From an uncultured Thermoplasmata archaeon (lineage in GTDB: Archaea > Thermoplasmatota > Thermoplasmata > UBA10834), in assembly GCA_963705355.1 (NCBI GenBank), contig OY970070.1:287741-351740 (forward strand): DNA of 64,000 bases. The letters are read 5' to 3'. Below the pieces are notes generated by a model. It ran no database searches and was not told where the DNA came from. It saw only the letters and a list, made by a program, of their open reading frames with translations. Positions 61,213 to 64,000 of the stretch are shown here, piece by piece. Positions within the stretch are counted from its first letter, which is position 1. The number at the start of each line of letters is the position of its first letter. Made by a program: the position numbers and the translations under genes.

Positions 61213-61695
61213 GTGGTCGGGTTGAGAGTGCCAAAAAGAACCGCATATGCAATGGCTATCGCCATCTCAATTGTGATTCTGCTTGTGCTGATGGTCTATC
61301 TCCTCGCTTTCTCCATGGTGAAGGTTTCTGGAGTTGTCGACCATAAGACCATAACAGGCATCAGGGACCAGACTCTCTACTCTCTGGTTGTGATGTATCC
61401 CTGGGGTATCCAGATCGATGACCATGCTCTCGATTACCTATTCCAAGGTAAGGACCAGAATGTGACAATCAATGCGACATTTGAGCAGGCGATACTCAGC
61501 CATGGATATTCCAAGATCAACTATCTTGCCAGCATCCAGGTCAGCTCGAAAGACTCGGTGAATCACCTCAATCCAGGAGATGCTCTCGCTTACTTCGTGA
61601 AGAGAAGTGATTTCAACGCTCTGAGGATTGGGAACACCGTAACATACGAGGTTGAGAAGGGAAAGACCCTCACCATTGCACGGGTCAATGATTGA
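61213..61695 (+). CDS. Hypothetical membrane-anchored exported protein
   Basis: N-terminal TM helix, beta-rich ectodomain with N-x-T sequons. Confidence 0.7.
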   Translation: MVGLRVPKRTAYAMAIAISIVILLVLMVYLLAFSMVKVSGVVDHKTITGIRDQTLYSLVVMYPWGIQIDDHALDYLFQGKDQNVTINATFEQAILSHGYSKINYLASIQVSSKDSVNHLNPGDALAYFVKRSDFNALRIGNTVTYEVEKGKTLTIARVND

Positions 61696-61863
61696 ACTGC
61701 GCTTGCAGAGTCCTCCAGGCTAGATTCCAGGAGAGGGAGAGAGTTTATGTCATCCTTTCTCGGAAAAGCCCATAGGGATGGTATGTAGAAGAGGCCACTC
61801 GCCATTTCGTAGCAACGAGGTTGGATTCCCAGTGCCTCAATACGAATCGGAGGCGAGTAGGCC

Positions 61864-62919
61864 ATGTTGTACATAGGACTGGACGTGCATAAAGAATTCT
61901 GTCAAGCGTGCGTGGTGAACGAACTCGGACGAGCTCTCTCAAATGAGAGATTCTTGTCCACCCGGGAGGAACTCGACAGGTTCCTGGCTCGATTCAAGGA
62001 CGCCAAGTTCGTCCTCGAATCCACAGGCATGTGGGAGTTCATCTACGAGGGAATCGAGAAGAGAGGGTTCGAGGTAGTGCTGGCTCATCCGCTCAAAGTG
62101 AGAGCCATTGCAGAAGCCAAGGTCAAGACCGACAAGGTCGACGCTGAAACCCTGGCTCAGCTACTTCGAGCGAACCTCATCCCTCGCTCGTGGGTCCCCA
62201 GTAAGGACGTGAGGGATCTCAGACAACTCGTGAGACAGCGCGCATATCTCGTCCAGCAGTCCACGAGTCTCAAGAATCGAATCCATGCCGAACTCCTCAG
62301 ACGAGGAGTACGGCGTCCACTGAACTTCGTGAGGCCGTTCTCGAAGAAGAGCATCGACTGGATGCGGTCTCTCGAGATCCCGACTGTCATCTCGTGCCTG
62401 AACTGCCTAGAGAGCGTCCAGGCACAGATCGAGAAGATGAACGCCCAGCTGCTGGATGAGTTCAACCGAAGACCCGATGCCCAGCTCATTGCGACGGTCC
62501 CGGGCATCGGATTCTACGGCGCCCTTCTGATCCACGCGGAGATCGACGACATCAAGAGGTTCTCTCATCCCGAGAAGCTGTGCGCTTATGCGGGGTTGGT
62601 GCCAACTGTGAGCCAGTCGGCATCCTCCGTCCACTACGGTGCCATCAGCAAGGACGGGTCCAGTTATCTCCGCTGGATGCTCACGGAGGCGGTCCACACT
62701 CACACTCATTGCGAGCCAGGCTCGCGACTCTCGAGATTCCACGCGAAGGTCGCGAGACGAAGGGGCAAGCAGAAGGCGACCATCGCGACCGCGAGGAAAC
62801 TCCTCCTCATCATCTACTGGATGCTCGTGAGACACGAGCCATATCACAGTCAAGGATTGGACCCCGGCTTTCCTCCTGCACGTAATGAGTGCGACATAGG
62901 GATTGGGGCAGGTCCCTGA
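61864..62919 (+). CDS. IS110 family DEDD transposase/bridge recombinase
   Basis: YIGLDVHK, VLESTG, KTDKVDA, TVPGIG, AYAGLVP..SQSA (catalytic Ser), ISKDG..YLR, A.ARKL. Confidence 0.96.
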   Translation: MLYIGLDVHKEFCQACVVNELGRALSNERFLSTREELDRFLARFKDAKFVLESTGMWEFIYEGIEKRGFEVVLAHPLKVRAIAEAKVKTDKVDAETLAQLLRANLIPRSWVPSKDVRDLRQLVRQRAYLVQQSTSLKNRIHAELLRRGVRRPLNFVRPFSKKSIDWMRSLEIPTVISCLNCLESVQAQIEKMNAQLLDEFNRRPDAQLIATVPGIGFYGALLIHAEIDDIKRFSHPEKLCAYAGLVPTVSQSASSVHYGAISKDGSSYLRWMLTEAVHTHTHCEPGSRLSRFHAKVARRRGKQKATIATARKLLLIIYWMLVRHEPYHSQGLDPGFPPARNECDIGIGAGP

Positions 62920-62987
62920 CAAATGGACGAAGATGCCATAGTGCGGCGTGGACCGCGAATAGAGGCTTGTCCGACAAACCCCTTGAT
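62849..62987 (+). ncRNA. Predicted bridge/seekRNA with target- and donor-binding loops
   Basis: Outer stem TCAAGG/CCTTGA. Loop 1: CTTTCCTCC + TGCAC/GTGCG stem + CATAGGG (target). Loop 2: ATGCCAT + TGCGG/CCGCG stem + ATAGAGG (donor junction). Confidence 0.8.
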
Positions 62988-63108
62988 CAAATCCACGACG
63001 GGAGGCAAAAACAAAGAGGATGAAACGCAATCAGACGAAATGTGAGTGGCCTTCTTCAACATAGAGGGAGGAAAGGCGATTCCTGGGTGAGGAGAGTGGG
63101 GGAAACTG

Positions 63109-63687
63109 ATGAAAGTTCTTGCGATAAACGGTAGCGTAAGGAAAGGCGGGAACACGCAGCTCATGATCGAAGTGGCGGCGAAGCCGTTAAAGAGCGCTCG
63201 CGTACGAGTGGAGTCCGTGTACATCACGGATTATGACATCAAGCCCTGCAACGCGTGCGAGGTGTGCTACACGAAGCCTTGGCATTGCCCGATCAAGGAC
63301 GACGCCGTGAAGCTGCTCAAGAAGATGACCGACGCTGACGGTCTCATCATCGCATCCCCCGTGTACTGCACAGACGTGACGGCGCAGCTCAGGGCGCTTA
63401 TAGACCGGAGCGTCATACCGTACATTGAGCAGGACTTCAAGGACAAAGTGGGCGGGGCCATCATTGTGGGGGCGGGCGCTCATGGAGGCCAGGAGCTCGC
63501 CCTAATCCAAGTCATGGAATTCTTCCACTACCAGGGAATGATTATCGCCAGCCCTAGATTCGGGTTGGGCGGTGCTATGGGCACTGCAGACAAGAAGGGC
63601 GACATCAAGAAGGACAAGGAAGGGCTCAAGAGCGCCAGGGAACTGGGCATTCGAATGGCCGAACTCCTCAAGAGGTTCGACAAATGA
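63109..63687 (+). CDS. Flavodoxin-fold iron-sulfur flavoprotein / NADPH-dependent FMN reductase (cargo)
   Basis: KVLAINGS.RK.GNT, CNACEVC....C, ADGLIIASPVY, GGQE. Confidence 0.92.
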   Translation: MKVLAINGSVRKGGNTQLMIEVAAKPLKSARVRVESVYITDYDIKPCNACEVCYTKPWHCPIKDDAVKLLKKMTDADGLIIASPVYCTDVTAQLRALIDRSVIPYIEQDFKDKVGGAIIVGAGAHGGQELALIQVMEFFHYQGMIIASPRFGLGGAMGTADKKGDIKKDKEGLKSARELGIRMAELLKRFDK

Positions 63688-63739
63688 CCTGCTTGTCGTG
63701 GTACATGAAGTGGACTCCGAAATGGGATTAGGTCCGAGC

Positions 63740-63812
63740 TCAATCCCTGCTGATTGATGGTTTCTTGCGACATACTGGCTGGTCAAGGGTTCGAATCCCT
63801 GCGGCCCTACCA
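63740..63812 (+). repeat. Composite att-like site D with a tRNA 3'-half relic (attR-like)
   Basis: TCAATC-CCTGCT-GATTGA-N17-CTGGCT-GGTCAAGGGTTCGAATCCCTGCGGCCCTACCA (T-arm, acceptor 3' strand, CCA); no tRNA 5' half upstream. Confidence 0.82.
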
Positions 63813-64000
63813 CCGAGGATTTAGCACAACCGCATTTGTCGTGTTTGGTCAGGATTCTTGTCCACTCAATCTGATGCGTGTCTAACCGAGTATGTTTGCC
63901 TTTTGTCTAGTTTCGAGTTCCCCACCGAGGAGAGAAAGAACCATCTAGTGGAAGAAAATACCTCGACAGCACAGGGAACCGTCTAAGGACTCTGAATGGT

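Larger units (their letters stand above)
61776..63067 (+). mobile_element. IS110-family (IS1111-type) insertion sequence inserted into a copy of the island repeat
   Basis: Subterminal inverted repeats 61787-61810 (AGAAGAGGCCACTCGCCATTTCGT) and 63035-63057 (ACGAAATGTGAGTGGCCTTCTTC). The flanks rejoin to GAAAAGCCCATAG-GG-GAGGAAAGGCGA; only a short GG(GA) core is shared at both ends. Confidence 0.9.
46165..63812. mobile_element. Genomic island: tandem cargo cassettes between composite att-like sites, ending in a tRNA 3'-half relic
   Basis: Integrase fragment at the left end, four spaced copies of a composite site, IS110-family element, long intergenic spacers, tRNA 3' fragment at the right end. 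Confidence 0.7.

Noticed and set aside
46901..63812. CRISPR array or classical integron attC sites
   Set aside because: Repeats are kilobases apart with genes between them; no cas genes; no RYYYAAC...GTTRRRY attC boundaries and no recognisable IntI.
63700..63812. Complete or intron-containing tRNA gene
   Set aside because: No matching 5' acceptor strand or D-arm upstream and a T-stem mismatch; treated as an att relic.
63502..63813. ORF starting MVGPQGFEP
   Set aside because: Antisense reading of the tRNA fragment, overlapping the flavoprotein gene.

Overview
Archaeal chromosome segment, probably Thermoplasmata (inferred from archaeal GlyRS/ValRS, ThiD-ThiN fusion, Dph5, Trm5, Mre11/Rad50, a CBS/USP cluster and many peptidases). 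Bases 1-46,100 are mostly housekeeping genes, with tRNA-Gly(GCC), an orphan DNA methyltransferase, a three-hairpin box H/ACA guide RNA and a structured leader upstream of a cation/H+ antiporter. This part also has a Rab-like small GTPase next to a giant cadherin/Ig-like membrane protein with a cytoplasmic longin/roadblock-like domain. Bases ~46,165-63,812 form an accessory island. It starts with an N-truncated tyrosine recombinase, followed by integrase-free cargo (M20 peptidase, peptide ABC operon with DUF917 and M29 peptidase, QueG-like, PepC, membrane protein, flavoprotein). The cargo is separated by four copies of an exactly spaced composite site (TCAATC-N6/7-GATTGA-N17-CTGGCT-N6-tRNA 3'-half relic) and by a second repeat (CATAGGGGAGGAAAGGCGA). 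An IS110-family (IS1111-type) element has inserted into one copy of that second repeat. Its bridge/seekRNA can be read by eye and carries guides matching the repeat and the element's own donor junction. All calls come from manual reading; no database searches were run.
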